A stretch of 64,000 nt of DNA from contig CAXHAT010000004.1 in assembly GCA_964014485.1 (NCBI GenBank), forward strand, positions 1 to 64,000, given 5' to 3'. Origin of the DNA: an uncultured Deferribacteres bacterium. Its GTDB lineage: Bacteria; Zhuqueibacterota; Zhuqueibacteria; Zhuqueibacterales; Geothermadaptataceae. Under the pieces are notes generated by a model. That model ran no database searches, was not told the origin of the DNA, and saw nothing but the letters and a program-made list of their open reading frames with translations. The translations under genes were made by a program, and so were the position numbers. The first letter of the stretch is position 1, and each line of letters opens with the position of its first letter. Below, piece by piece: positions 56,172 to 64,000 of this stretch.

Positions 56172-57494
56172 CTACATAAACGGGGAGCGCATCCGCCCCT
56201 TTCCGCCTTTTCTTGTTAATTGTTTCATCATTTTCTGCATCGCAAAGAACTGTTTGAGCAACCGATTGATTTCTTGCACGGTCGTTCCGCTCCCTTTCGC
56301 GATTCTTAAACGGCGGCTGCCTTTAATAATTTCCGGTCTGCGTCGTTCTTCGAAAGTCATCGAATTGATCATTGCCTCAATTCGAACAAATGCTTTGTCG
56401 TCAACTTCCATTCCTTTCATGGCCTTACCGCCCACGCCGGGCAGCATCCCGACCAACTGTGAAATCGGCCCCATCTTCTTGATTTGCTGAAGTTGATCAT
56501 AAAAATCTTCGAGGGTAAATTCAGCGCGCCGAAGCTTCTTTTCTAAAGCTTTGGCCTTCTCCTGATCAACAGCTTCTTGCGCCTTTTCAACCAAAGTGAC
56601 TACGTCGCCCATCCCCAGAATTCGCGATGCAATTCTGTCCGGATGAAACAACTCAACGGCATCCAGTTTTTCACCGATTCCGATATATTTGATCGGCTTA
56701 TTGGTAACAGCCTTAATTGAAAGCGCCGCGCCGCCGCGTGCATCGCCGTCCATTTTCGTCAATACAACGCCGTCAAAATCAAGGTCTTCCTGAAATGATC
56801 TGGCCGCGTTCACAGCGTCTTGTCCAGTCATACCGTCGGCGACAAACAGAATCTCGTGGGGTTTAAGCGCGCCTTTGATTTCCGTAAGCTCGGCCATCAA
56901 AGCGTCGTCAATATGCAGACGTCCGGCGGTGTCCAGAATAACGACTTCGCATCCTGATTGTCGCGCTTGACTAAAGCCGTTTTTGCATACTTTCAGCGGT
57001 GTCAAATTCAAATCTGAATAAGCTTCCACCCCGATTTGCTTGCCAACAGTTCGTAATTGTTCGACTGCTGCAGGACGTTGTAAATCTGCGCCAACGAGGA
57101 GAGATTTCTTCCCTTGTTTCTTAAGCAAATTGGCAAGTTTGCCGCAAAAAGTCGTTTTACCAGCGCCTTGCAAACCCACCACCATTACGACGGTTGGAGG
57201 GATATTCGCGGACTTCAGAGGCTGAACCGCGCCCCCCATCAATCGAATCAATTCTGAATGAACTATTTTGACGATCTGTTGTGCGGGAGTGATGCTTTTC
57301 AGGATTTCAGCGCCAACCGCCCGCTCTTGTGCGGCGGATACAAATTGTTTGGCGACTTTGTAATTGACGTCCGCTTCTAGCAGTACGCGCCGAATATCGC
57401 GCATAGCGTCCGCAACCTGCTTTTCAGACAGCTTGCCGTGCCCGCGCAATTTTTTAAAAACATTATCGAATTTGTTGGAAATTTCCTGAAGCAT
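56172..57494 (-). CDS. ffh: Signal recognition particle protein
   Basis: LLEADV, GLQGAGKTT, DTAGR, TKMDGDARGG and the Met-rich M domain. Confidence 0.98.
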   Translation of the reverse strand: MLQEISNKFDNVFKKLRGHGKLSEKQVADAMRDIRRVLLEADVNYKVAKQFVSAAQERAVGAEILKSITPAQQIVKIVHSELIRLMGGAVQPLKSANIPPTVVMVVGLQGAGKTTFCGKLANLLKKQGKKSLLVGADLQRPAAVEQLRTVGKQIGVEAYSDLNLTPLKVCKNGFSQARQSGCEVVILDTAGRLHIDDALMAELTEIKGALKPHEILFVADGMTGQDAVNAARSFQEDLDFDGVVLTKMDGDARGGAALSIKAVTNKPIKYIGIGEKLDAVELFHPDRIASRILGMGDVVTLVEKAQEAVDQEKAKALEKKLRRAEFTLEDFYDQLQQIKKMGPISQLVGMLPGVGGKAMKGMEVDDKAFVRIEAMINSMTFEERRRPEIIKGSRRLRIAKGSGTTVQEINRLLKQFFAMQKMMKQLTRKGGKGRMRSPFM

Positions 57495-57583
57495 TTCCTG
57501 TCGTCTACACAAAAAGAAATCACAGAATTAACCTGTGATTTTCAACAAATGAAGCTGCGATCGTGGTCAAAATAAACTCGGCG

Positions 57584-57612
57584 AATCTAATGAATTAACA
57601 ATGTAGATGCAA
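57584..57612 (-). promoter_or_regulatory. Sigma70-type promoter upstream of ffh
   Basis: TTGCAT (57612-57607), 17 bp, TAGATT (57589-57584), with AT-rich sequence upstream. Confidence 0.55.
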
Positions 57613-57641
57613 GTTTTTTATTTATGTAAACTCTGTAAAAA

Positions 57642-58574
57642 TCAGACACTTTGCTTAATATCCAAGATGTCCCAGGACGCATTTTCAAATATCTTCTGAA
57701 CGCTGTTTTTGTCTTTTACGCCAAGCGGCGTAACGATTTTGTCGATCCAATTTAGAGGGCATTCTTCAAAATAATAATTAAATATTTCGATATTCGGCGC
57801 ATCCTCGCAAATTTCGGCGGCGGCATGACTCGATTCTTCGCCGAGTTTTACGCTTTCAGGAGCAAATTTGATAATTTCAGCTAAAACGATAACCGGTATT
57901 TTCTTTTGGTACGCGAGACAGGCGAGCGATGAAGAACCGATTTTATTACAAACATGCGTTTCAGAAATTCGATCAGCGCCAATAATCACGAAATCAACGT
58001 GATTCAAGGCGAGTCCGCGAGCGTCATCCACGAGAAGAACAATGCGATTCGTAAGATCGGACAAAGCTTGCGCCATCATCTTGCCTTCCTGCATCGGACG
58101 TGATTCAGAAATCCAAATTTCCCGTTCATCGTCCTGACACGCCCATTCTCGCAAAAAGGCTTCGACAACAGAACTGCGGCTATGCGCCAGGACTTTTTTA
58201 AATGGAGCGCAAACCTGAAGCGCCTCACGCACAATTGCGTCCTGTTCTTTTCTCAACTTTCTCTCAACAGCGTGCGGAATTGCTTGAAACGCGGAGGCGA
58301 TCACGGGTACGTCGAAATCATTTTTCATCATTTGATCGACGTAGTGCGCTAGATTGACCATTGGGGCCATGGAAGGTTGGGCGTTTTTTAGGGCACGGGA
58401 GAGCGGCTTTAGAATTTGGCGGGCTTGTTTTTTGGAAGCGGGTAAAATCTCGGCGACTTGCGGAAAGACTTGAAGCGTTCGTCTAAATAATTGTGATGCG
58501 CCGCGGATGTGATCTTCAGCGATTTCCTTGATGAGTTTCCGTGTTGCTTGCGGTAGAACGGATTCATCATACAT
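57642..58574 (-). CDS. IF-2B family (eIF2B alpha/beta/delta-like) protein
   Basis: D..RGA, AQPSMA, HSRSSVV, ESRP..EG, IGAD, NKIGS and N.YFE..P. Confidence 0.85.
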   Translation of the reverse strand: MYDESVLPQATRKLIKEIAEDHIRGASQLFRRTLQVFPQVAEILPASKKQARQILKPLSRALKNAQPSMAPMVNLAHYVDQMMKNDFDVPVIASAFQAIPHAVERKLRKEQDAIVREALQVCAPFKKVLAHSRSSVVEAFLREWACQDDEREIWISESRPMQEGKMMAQALSDLTNRIVLLVDDARGLALNHVDFVIIGADRISETHVCNKIGSSSLACLAYQKKIPVIVLAEIIKFAPESVKLGEESSHAAAEICEDAPNIEIFNYYFEECPLNWIDKIVTPLGVKDKNSVQKIFENASWDILDIKQSV

Positions 58575-58662
58575 TGTTCAATTTCCAGGTTATTGAGTCC
58601 AATCAAATGATTTGGAGCTATTCCTAAACGTACTGATCATCCTGGAAGAATTCGAAAAACGC

Positions 58663-60114
58663 CTACATGAGAGAGCCGGCCATCTCCTTGAACAAATCAA
58701 TCCAGCGGGCCGGAAACAATCCGATAAAAATGACGGCGAAAAGTGAGAGCGTGAGCGCAAGGGCTACCGCAGGCTGTTGCTTGGCCATGGCCGGCGCCTC
58801 GGAGCTTTTCGGCGCCATAAACATCTGAACCAAAAGATTGAGATAGTAATACAAACTGATCATCGAGCTAATGACGGCAAAAATGACCAGCCAGACATAA
58901 CCGGCCTTGACCGCAGCGCTGAAAACGTAAAACTTTGCCATAAAACCGGCCGTCGGCGGAATGCCTGCCAGTGAAAACATAAAAACAGCCATTGCAATAG
59001 CGGCAAACGGCCTTTGAAAAGCTAGTCCGCGGAAGTCGCTAAAAGTCACAAATTCATGTTTGGCGCTGGATATGTATGACACCACGCCAAAGGCTCCGAT
59101 ATTCATGAACGTATAAATCAGCAAGTAAAAAACGACTCCGGAAGAACCAAGGTGATTCCCGGCCAAAACGCCGATCAACACATAACCGGCATGAGCGATG
59201 GAACTATAGGCCAGCATACGTTTAACATTCGATTGCTTGATGGCAATGATGTTCCCGAGCAGCATCGTCACAACCGAAATAATCCAAATCATTTCCTGCC
59301 AACCGGTTTCATTGATGATGCTCGAGCTCACAAATAACCGAAGCAGAGCCGCAAATCCCGCAGCCTTTGAGCCGGTTGCCATGAAAGCTGAGATTGGCGT
59401 CGGCGCCCCTTGATAAACGTCCGGCGTCCAGAGATGGAACGGGAACACAGAAATCTTAAAGCCAAAACCGACAAACAGCAACAACAGGCCGGTTATGAGC
59501 ATCTTCGATTCGCCGATTCCGTTCTCGGAAATATAAGCACCGATAGCGTCTAGATTTGCACTGCCAACAGCGCCGAAAACGAGGGCTATGCCATAAAGCA
59601 AGAACCCGCTGGCGAAAGCGCCAAGGAGAAAGTATTTGAAAGCAGATTCAAGCGAAAAAATATTGGTGCGCCTAAAACCCGCGAGAACGTACAGCGCAAT
59701 CGAGAGCGTTTCGAGTCCCAGGAAAATCGTCAGCAGATGCGTGCCGGAGGCCATGAGCGTCATTCCGGCGGTCGCGAAAACCAAGAGCGAAAAATAATCC
59801 GAATAAAGCAGGTACGATCCTTCGACGGCATTGATTGAAAGCAGCAAAGTCAGAATCGCGCCGATGATGAACATGCAGTTGAAAGCTACTGCAAATTTGT
59901 CCATCACAATCAGGCCGGAAAACGCGGACTGCGATTCTCCCCAGCCGAACAGAGTAAAAACAAAGGCAATTGCAAACCCAACGAGCAAAATCGCTCCCTG
60001 CGTTTCGCGATAGAGTTTGGGCGCAACGATTCCGATCGTCAGAATAATGAATCCCAAAACCGATAGAGAAAGAAAAGGCGCAATCGCCATCCAATTGATT
60101 TCGCTAGCCGGCAT
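58663..60114 (-). CDS. nuoN: NADH-quinone oxidoreductase subunit N
   Basis: ESAFKYF, PFHLWTPDVYQGAP, KRMLAYSSIAHAGY and SLAGIPP. Confidence 0.97.
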   Translation of the reverse strand: MPASEINWMAIAPFLSLSVLGFIILTIGIVAPKLYRETQGAILLVGFAIAFVFTLFGWGESQSAFSGLIVMDKFAVAFNCMFIIGAILTLLLSINAVEGSYLLYSDYFSLLVFATAGMTLMASGTHLLTIFLGLETLSIALYVLAGFRRTNIFSLESAFKYFLLGAFASGFLLYGIALVFGAVGSANLDAIGAYISENGIGESKMLITGLLLLFVGFGFKISVFPFHLWTPDVYQGAPTPISAFMATGSKAAGFAALLRLFVSSSIINETGWQEMIWIISVVTMLLGNIIAIKQSNVKRMLAYSSIAHAGYVLIGVLAGNHLGSSGVVFYLLIYTFMNIGAFGVVSYISSAKHEFVTFSDFRGLAFQRPFAAIAMAVFMFSLAGIPPTAGFMAKFYVFSAAVKAGYVWLVIFAVISSMISLYYYLNLLVQMFMAPKSSEAPAMAKQQPAVALALTLSLFAVIFIGLFPARWIDLFKEMAGSLM

Positions 60115-60119
60115 CTATT

Positions 60120-61664
60120 TTATCTCCTGTCGCCCAAGAATTCATCTACGGGCTGCTGGCGCATCGCCGATTGAGTTTCTTGCATTTGATTGACTAATTT
60201 CGTCACAGACGTTTCCATTTTTCCCAGAAAAGGCTGCGCGTAAACGCCGATCCAAAAAATGAACAACATGATCGGGATCAAGAGTCCAATTTCTCGCTTA
60301 TTAAGGTCGGTCAGCCTTTTGTTCTCTTCTTTTTCCAGAGGCCCAAACATAACACGCTTAAACATCCAGAGCATATAAACCGCCGCGAAAATGACTCCTG
60401 AAGCGGCTATAATTGCGTACACCTGATTGGCCTTGAACGCGCCTAACAATACCAAAAATTCACCTACAAATCCGTTAAGACCGGGGAGTCCAATCGATGA
60501 CAGCGTGGCGATCATAAAAAAAGTGGTGAAAATGGGAATCTGACGTGCAAGCCCGCCGAAGTCGTCGATCATCCGCGTATGACGGCGTTCGTAAATCATG
60601 CCGATAATCAAAAAGAGAGCGCCCGTGCTCAAGCCATGGTTCACCATTTGGATCAGGCCGCCCTGCATCCCCTGATTGTTAAATGAAAATATGCCGAGCA
60701 TAACAAAGCCCAAATGGCTGACGCTCGAATAGGCGACCAATTTCTTAACGTCCTTTTGCACCATCGCAACCCATGCGCCGTAAATTATGCCGATAACGGA
60801 CAAGACGCAAATCAGGGGGGCAAACTGGACGCTGGCCTCGGGAAAAACCGGCAGGCAAAAGCGCAGAAAACCATAGGTGCCCATTTTTAGCAGCACGCCG
60901 GCAAGAATCACGCTGCCCGCCGTCGGCGCCTCGACGTGAGCGTCCGGGAGCCAGGTATGCAACGGGAACATGGGTACTTTTATCGCGAACGATAATCCGA
61001 ACGCCAAGAAAAGCCAGGTTTGTAAATGCGCCGGAAGGACGTTTTGCACAAAGTTTGTATAATCGAAAGAATAGACCCCGACGTCGTTTCCAATATACAG
61101 AAACATAAAAATGATGGCGACCATCATCAGCAGACTGCCAACCATCGTGTAGATGAAAAACTTGACCGCCGCATAAATCCGCCGTTTCCCGCCCCACATG
61201 CCGATGAGAAAATACATCGGGATGAGCATCGCTTCCCAGAAAATATAGAAAAGCAAAAGATCGAGAGCCGCAAAAACGCCAACCATGCCGGTCTGTAAAA
61301 CAAGTAGTGAGACCAAGAAGCCCTTCAGGTTTTTCGCAACGGAGCGCCAACTGCTGAGAATGACCAGAGGCCCCATGAACGTAGTCAGCAAAACCATAAA
61401 CAGGCTAATGCCGTCAATGCCGAGATGGTAGGTCGCTTTGAAGCCCTCAGCGTCAATCCAGCCGTGCTGTTCTTCGAACTGGAAGGAAGCCAACGCGGCG
61501 TCGAAATTAAAATAGATCGGCAAGGAGATGAGAAACGTGAGTAGCGTTACGCCAAGCGCAACCTGCTTGAGCAATTCTTCCTTTTGCTTGTTTATAAACA
61601 AGAGCGCCGCAGCGCCGACAAGCGGGAGAAAGATTATAAGTGTCAACAACGGTAAATCGGACAT
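60120..61664 (-). CDS. nuoM: NADH-quinone oxidoreductase subunit M
   Basis: DGISL, WEAMLIPMY, HTWLPDAHVEAPT and FVGEFL. Confidence 0.97.
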   Translation of the reverse strand: MSDLPLLTLIIFLPLVGAAALLFINKQKEELLKQVALGVTLLTFLISLPIYFNFDAALASFQFEEQHGWIDAEGFKATYHLGIDGISLFMVLLTTFMGPLVILSSWRSVAKNLKGFLVSLLVLQTGMVGVFAALDLLLFYIFWEAMLIPMYFLIGMWGGKRRIYAAVKFFIYTMVGSLLMMVAIIFMFLYIGNDVGVYSFDYTNFVQNVLPAHLQTWLFLAFGLSFAIKVPMFPLHTWLPDAHVEAPTAGSVILAGVLLKMGTYGFLRFCLPVFPEASVQFAPLICVLSVIGIIYGAWVAMVQKDVKKLVAYSSVSHLGFVMLGIFSFNNQGMQGGLIQMVNHGLSTGALFLIIGMIYERRHTRMIDDFGGLARQIPIFTTFFMIATLSSIGLPGLNGFVGEFLVLLGAFKANQVYAIIAASGVIFAAVYMLWMFKRVMFGPLEKEENKRLTDLNKREIGLLIPIMLFIFWIGVYAQPFLGKMETSVTKLVNQMQETQSAMRQQPVDEFLGDRR

Positions 61665-61677
61665 GCCTTCCCTTTAA

Positions 61678-63582
61678 TTAGCCAAAAATCAGATAACCGA
61701 AGAATGCCGCCGCGCCGAGGATAATCGACAAGGCATAAAACTGTACAACGCCGGTGTGCATACGGCGCAATCCCGCAGCAAGGAAATCGGTCAATTTCGC
61801 GGCGCCATTCACAATCCCGTCGATGATGATGACGTCAACGAACCGGTGAAAAACGAAATCTGAAACGCGAACGAATGGCCGAACAATAAAAAAATCGTAG
61901 ATTTCGTCAACGTAATATTTATTTGAAAGCAGCGTATAAACCGCTTTAAGCGAATGCACAACTTTGTTCGGCAAGTCTCTGTTTTTCAAGTAAAACAATC
62001 GCGCCAGCCAAATCCCCGTCCCCGCGACGACGAGCGAAATCATGGCAAACATGACTTCCATTGAAAAAGAGCCGTGCGCGCCTTCCGGCAAGGTTTGATA
62101 CTTGGTAAAAACCGGGTCAAGATAGTGTTCAAAATTGGGTGCAAAATGCGGGATATTGATGAGTCCGCCCACGACCGAAAGAACGGCCAAAATTTTGAGC
62201 GGGATCGTCATGGTTGGCGGCGATTCGTGAATGTGATGCGCGACTTTTTCATCCACGCGGCTTTCGCCGTAGAACACCCTGAAAATCATGCGGAACATGT
62301 AGAACGCCGTCAGCCCGGCCACCATCGTCCCAATCAGCCACATAATCCAGGAATGCTCGTACGTCTTCCACAAAATTTCGTCTTTCGACCAAAATCCGGC
62401 AAACGGCACAATGCCGGCGATAGCGAACCCGCCGCACATGAACGTCCACCACGTCGTCTTGATCTTGTCCTTCAGACCGCCCATTTTGTTGATGTCGGTC
62501 TCATTTGATAGAGCGTGCATCACGCTTCCGGCCCCAAGAAACATCAACGCTTTGAAAAAAGCGTGTGTCATCAGGTGAAAAATCGCCGTGGCGAAAGCGC
62601 CGACGCCAGCCGACAAAAACATGAACCCCAACTGACTGACCGTCGAGTAGGCCAACACTTTTTTAATATCATTGCTCGTGAGAGCAATGGTTGCGGCGAT
62701 GAACGCAGTGGCCAGACCGATAACGGCGACGACTGTAAGCGCAACCGGCGATAAAACATAAAATGCAGACGCACGGCAAACCATGTACACGCCGGCGGTA
62801 ACCATCGTCGCGGCGTGAATGAGTGCGGAAACAGGCGTTGGTCCTGCCATCGCATCCGGAAGCCAGGTGTAGAGCGGAATTTGTGCGGATTTTCCAGTAG
62901 CGCCAACAAAGAGCAGAAGACAAATAGCGGTGATCGCCCAATCAGGCTTTTCAACCGTGTCTATGCTTGAAAAAACTGTGTCGAAATTGAGTGAGCCGAA
63001 ATAGTAGAAAATGAAAAACATGCCAATGAGAAAACCGAAATCGCCGATGCGATTTACGACGAACGCTTTCATTCCTGCGGCGGCATATTCATCTTTCTGA
63101 TACCAGAATCCGATGAGCAAGTAGGAACAAAGGCCGACTCCCTCCCACCCCAAAAAGAGAATCAAGAAGTTGTCGCCAAGCACCAAAAGAAGCATGGCGC
63201 AGGCAAACAAATTTAAGAAAGCGAAGTAGCGAAAGAACCCGCGATCCCCGTGCATGTAGCCGATTGAGTAGAGGTGGATAAGCGTCCCGACGCCGGTTAC
63301 GACCAATACCATCACCGATGAAAGCGCGTCGAACTGGAAGGAAACGTCAACTGAAAAATCGCCCGTCGCCATCCAGGTGTAAGCCGTATTGATCAGAACT
63401 CGGCTCTCCGGCGGCAAAGACAGCAATTCAAAAAAACTAAACAGCGCGACGATAAAGGAAAGAAAAATGGCGCCCGTGCCAATCCCGCCTACGACGTTTT
63501 CAGAAAATTTTCGACCAAAGAGTCCGTTGACGACAAATCCCAGGAGCGGGAAAAACGGAATCAGCCACAAAAAATCGCTCAT
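61678..63582 (-). CDS. nuoL: NADH-quinone oxidoreductase subunit L
   Basis: GWEGVG, NRIGD, WLPDAMAGPTPVSALIHAATMV and HAFFKA. Confidence 0.97.
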   Translation of the reverse strand: MSDFLWLIPFFPLLGFVVNGLFGRKFSENVVGGIGTGAIFLSFIVALFSFFELLSLPPESRVLINTAYTWMATGDFSVDVSFQFDALSSVMVLVVTGVGTLIHLYSIGYMHGDRGFFRYFAFLNLFACAMLLLVLGDNFLILFLGWEGVGLCSYLLIGFWYQKDEYAAAGMKAFVVNRIGDFGFLIGMFFIFYYFGSLNFDTVFSSIDTVEKPDWAITAICLLLFVGATGKSAQIPLYTWLPDAMAGPTPVSALIHAATMVTAGVYMVCRASAFYVLSPVALTVVAVIGLATAFIAATIALTSNDIKKVLAYSTVSQLGFMFLSAGVGAFATAIFHLMTHAFFKALMFLGAGSVMHALSNETDINKMGGLKDKIKTTWWTFMCGGFAIAGIVPFAGFWSKDEILWKTYEHSWIMWLIGTMVAGLTAFYMFRMIFRVFYGESRVDEKVAHHIHESPPTMTIPLKILAVLSVVGGLINIPHFAPNFEHYLDPVFTKYQTLPEGAHGSFSMEVMFAMISLVVAGTGIWLARLFYLKNRDLPNKVVHSLKAVYTLLSNKYYVDEIYDFFIVRPFVRVSDFVFHRFVDVIIIDGIVNGAAKLTDFLAAGLRRMHTGVVQFYALSIILGAAAFFGYLIFG

Positions 63583-63827
63583 ATTATTTTCTCAAGGGGA
63601 GATGCGATGAAATTGGAATCGACCGCCTTACGACGAATCCGGGGTGAATCGTGACTTGCGGAAAAAACGTTTATATTTTGCATGATAATATTCTCAGAAA
63701 TTTATGACTATCCTTGCCATTCAGGAACAATTTATTCAACAGACTTTTCGGGGTCAGGCCCAATAGACTCTTCCTGAATGACAGAGTAAGGACAAAATTG
63801 TACTATATTCTTAAAGCTATTTACTAC

Positions 63828-63975
63828 CTGATGTTACGCGATAGCCGAGACGCCATAGAAACTCCCGTTAAAGTCATTCCCGCACAGCCCCTGGATTCCC
63901 GCCTGCGCGGGAATGATGCAAAAGTGACGTTTCTCAGGTGCTATTTGGAAAATTCCCGAAAGTGCGTAACATGAG
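63828..63975. mobile_element. 148-bp MITE with CTGATGTTACGC ends and truncated REP core
   Basis: TIR CTGATGTTACGC / GCGTAACATGAG, flanks TTACTAC and TTACCAC (6/7). Confidence 0.75.
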
Positions 63976-64000
63976 TTACCACTTCATCAGGCTGATTTCA
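63976..64000 (-). CDS. nuoK: NADH-quinone oxidoreductase subunit K (last 7 codons only)
   Basis: Minus strand reads EISLMKW*, a typical NuoK C-terminus, upstream of nuoL. Confidence 0.65.

Noticed and set aside
55492..57640. SRP RNA (ffs) near ffh
   Set aside because: The conserved domain IV motif was not seen in either intergenic region.
91..62954. Numerous antisense and alternate-frame ORFs overlapping called genes
   Set aside because: No recognisable motifs or RBS, consistent with shadow ORFs of real genes.

Overview
Bacterial chromosomal window from a diderm organism. A FlgD-Ig/T9SS-CTD-like domain, an Omp85 fusion protein and Bacteroidota-like accessory genes suggest an FCB-superphylum relative such as KSB1, which is inference only. 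All family assignments are from motif recognition, not database searches. Five blocks: (1) ~1-20.4 kb, a surface-glycosylation island (two TMTC-like TPR glycosyltransferases, two SGNH enzymes, a GT2, an AftB-like GT-C, another GT-C-like protein, UbiA-type phosphoribosyltransferase and DprE1-like oxidase) wrapped around three tandem signal-peptide-bearing fibre genes that end in a peptidase S74 autocleaving chaperone and show mosaic, locally identical DNA; (2) 20.5-31.3 kb, secreted and envelope proteins (VPS10/BNR propeller, sulfotransferase, zincin-PD40-Omp85 protein, M6-like protease, FG-GAP lipoprotein); (3) 31.3-40.8 kb, an atypical paa-like aryl-CoA epoxidase operon interrupted by a DinJ-YafQ module and an ABC-ATPase/DUF4276 block; (4) 41-53.5 kb, mixed genes including hflKC and a hybrid PAS kinase; (5) 53.6-64 kb, housekeeping genes (ffh-rpsP-khpA-rimM-trmD-rplS, IF-2B-like, nuoNML and the nuoK 3' end). 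Intergenic DNA holds several families of MITE and REP-like elements, some nested and some with target-site duplications. No rRNA, tRNA, CRISPR array or transposase was recognised. The best candidate for an undescribed system is the S74 fibre array with its glycosylation machinery.
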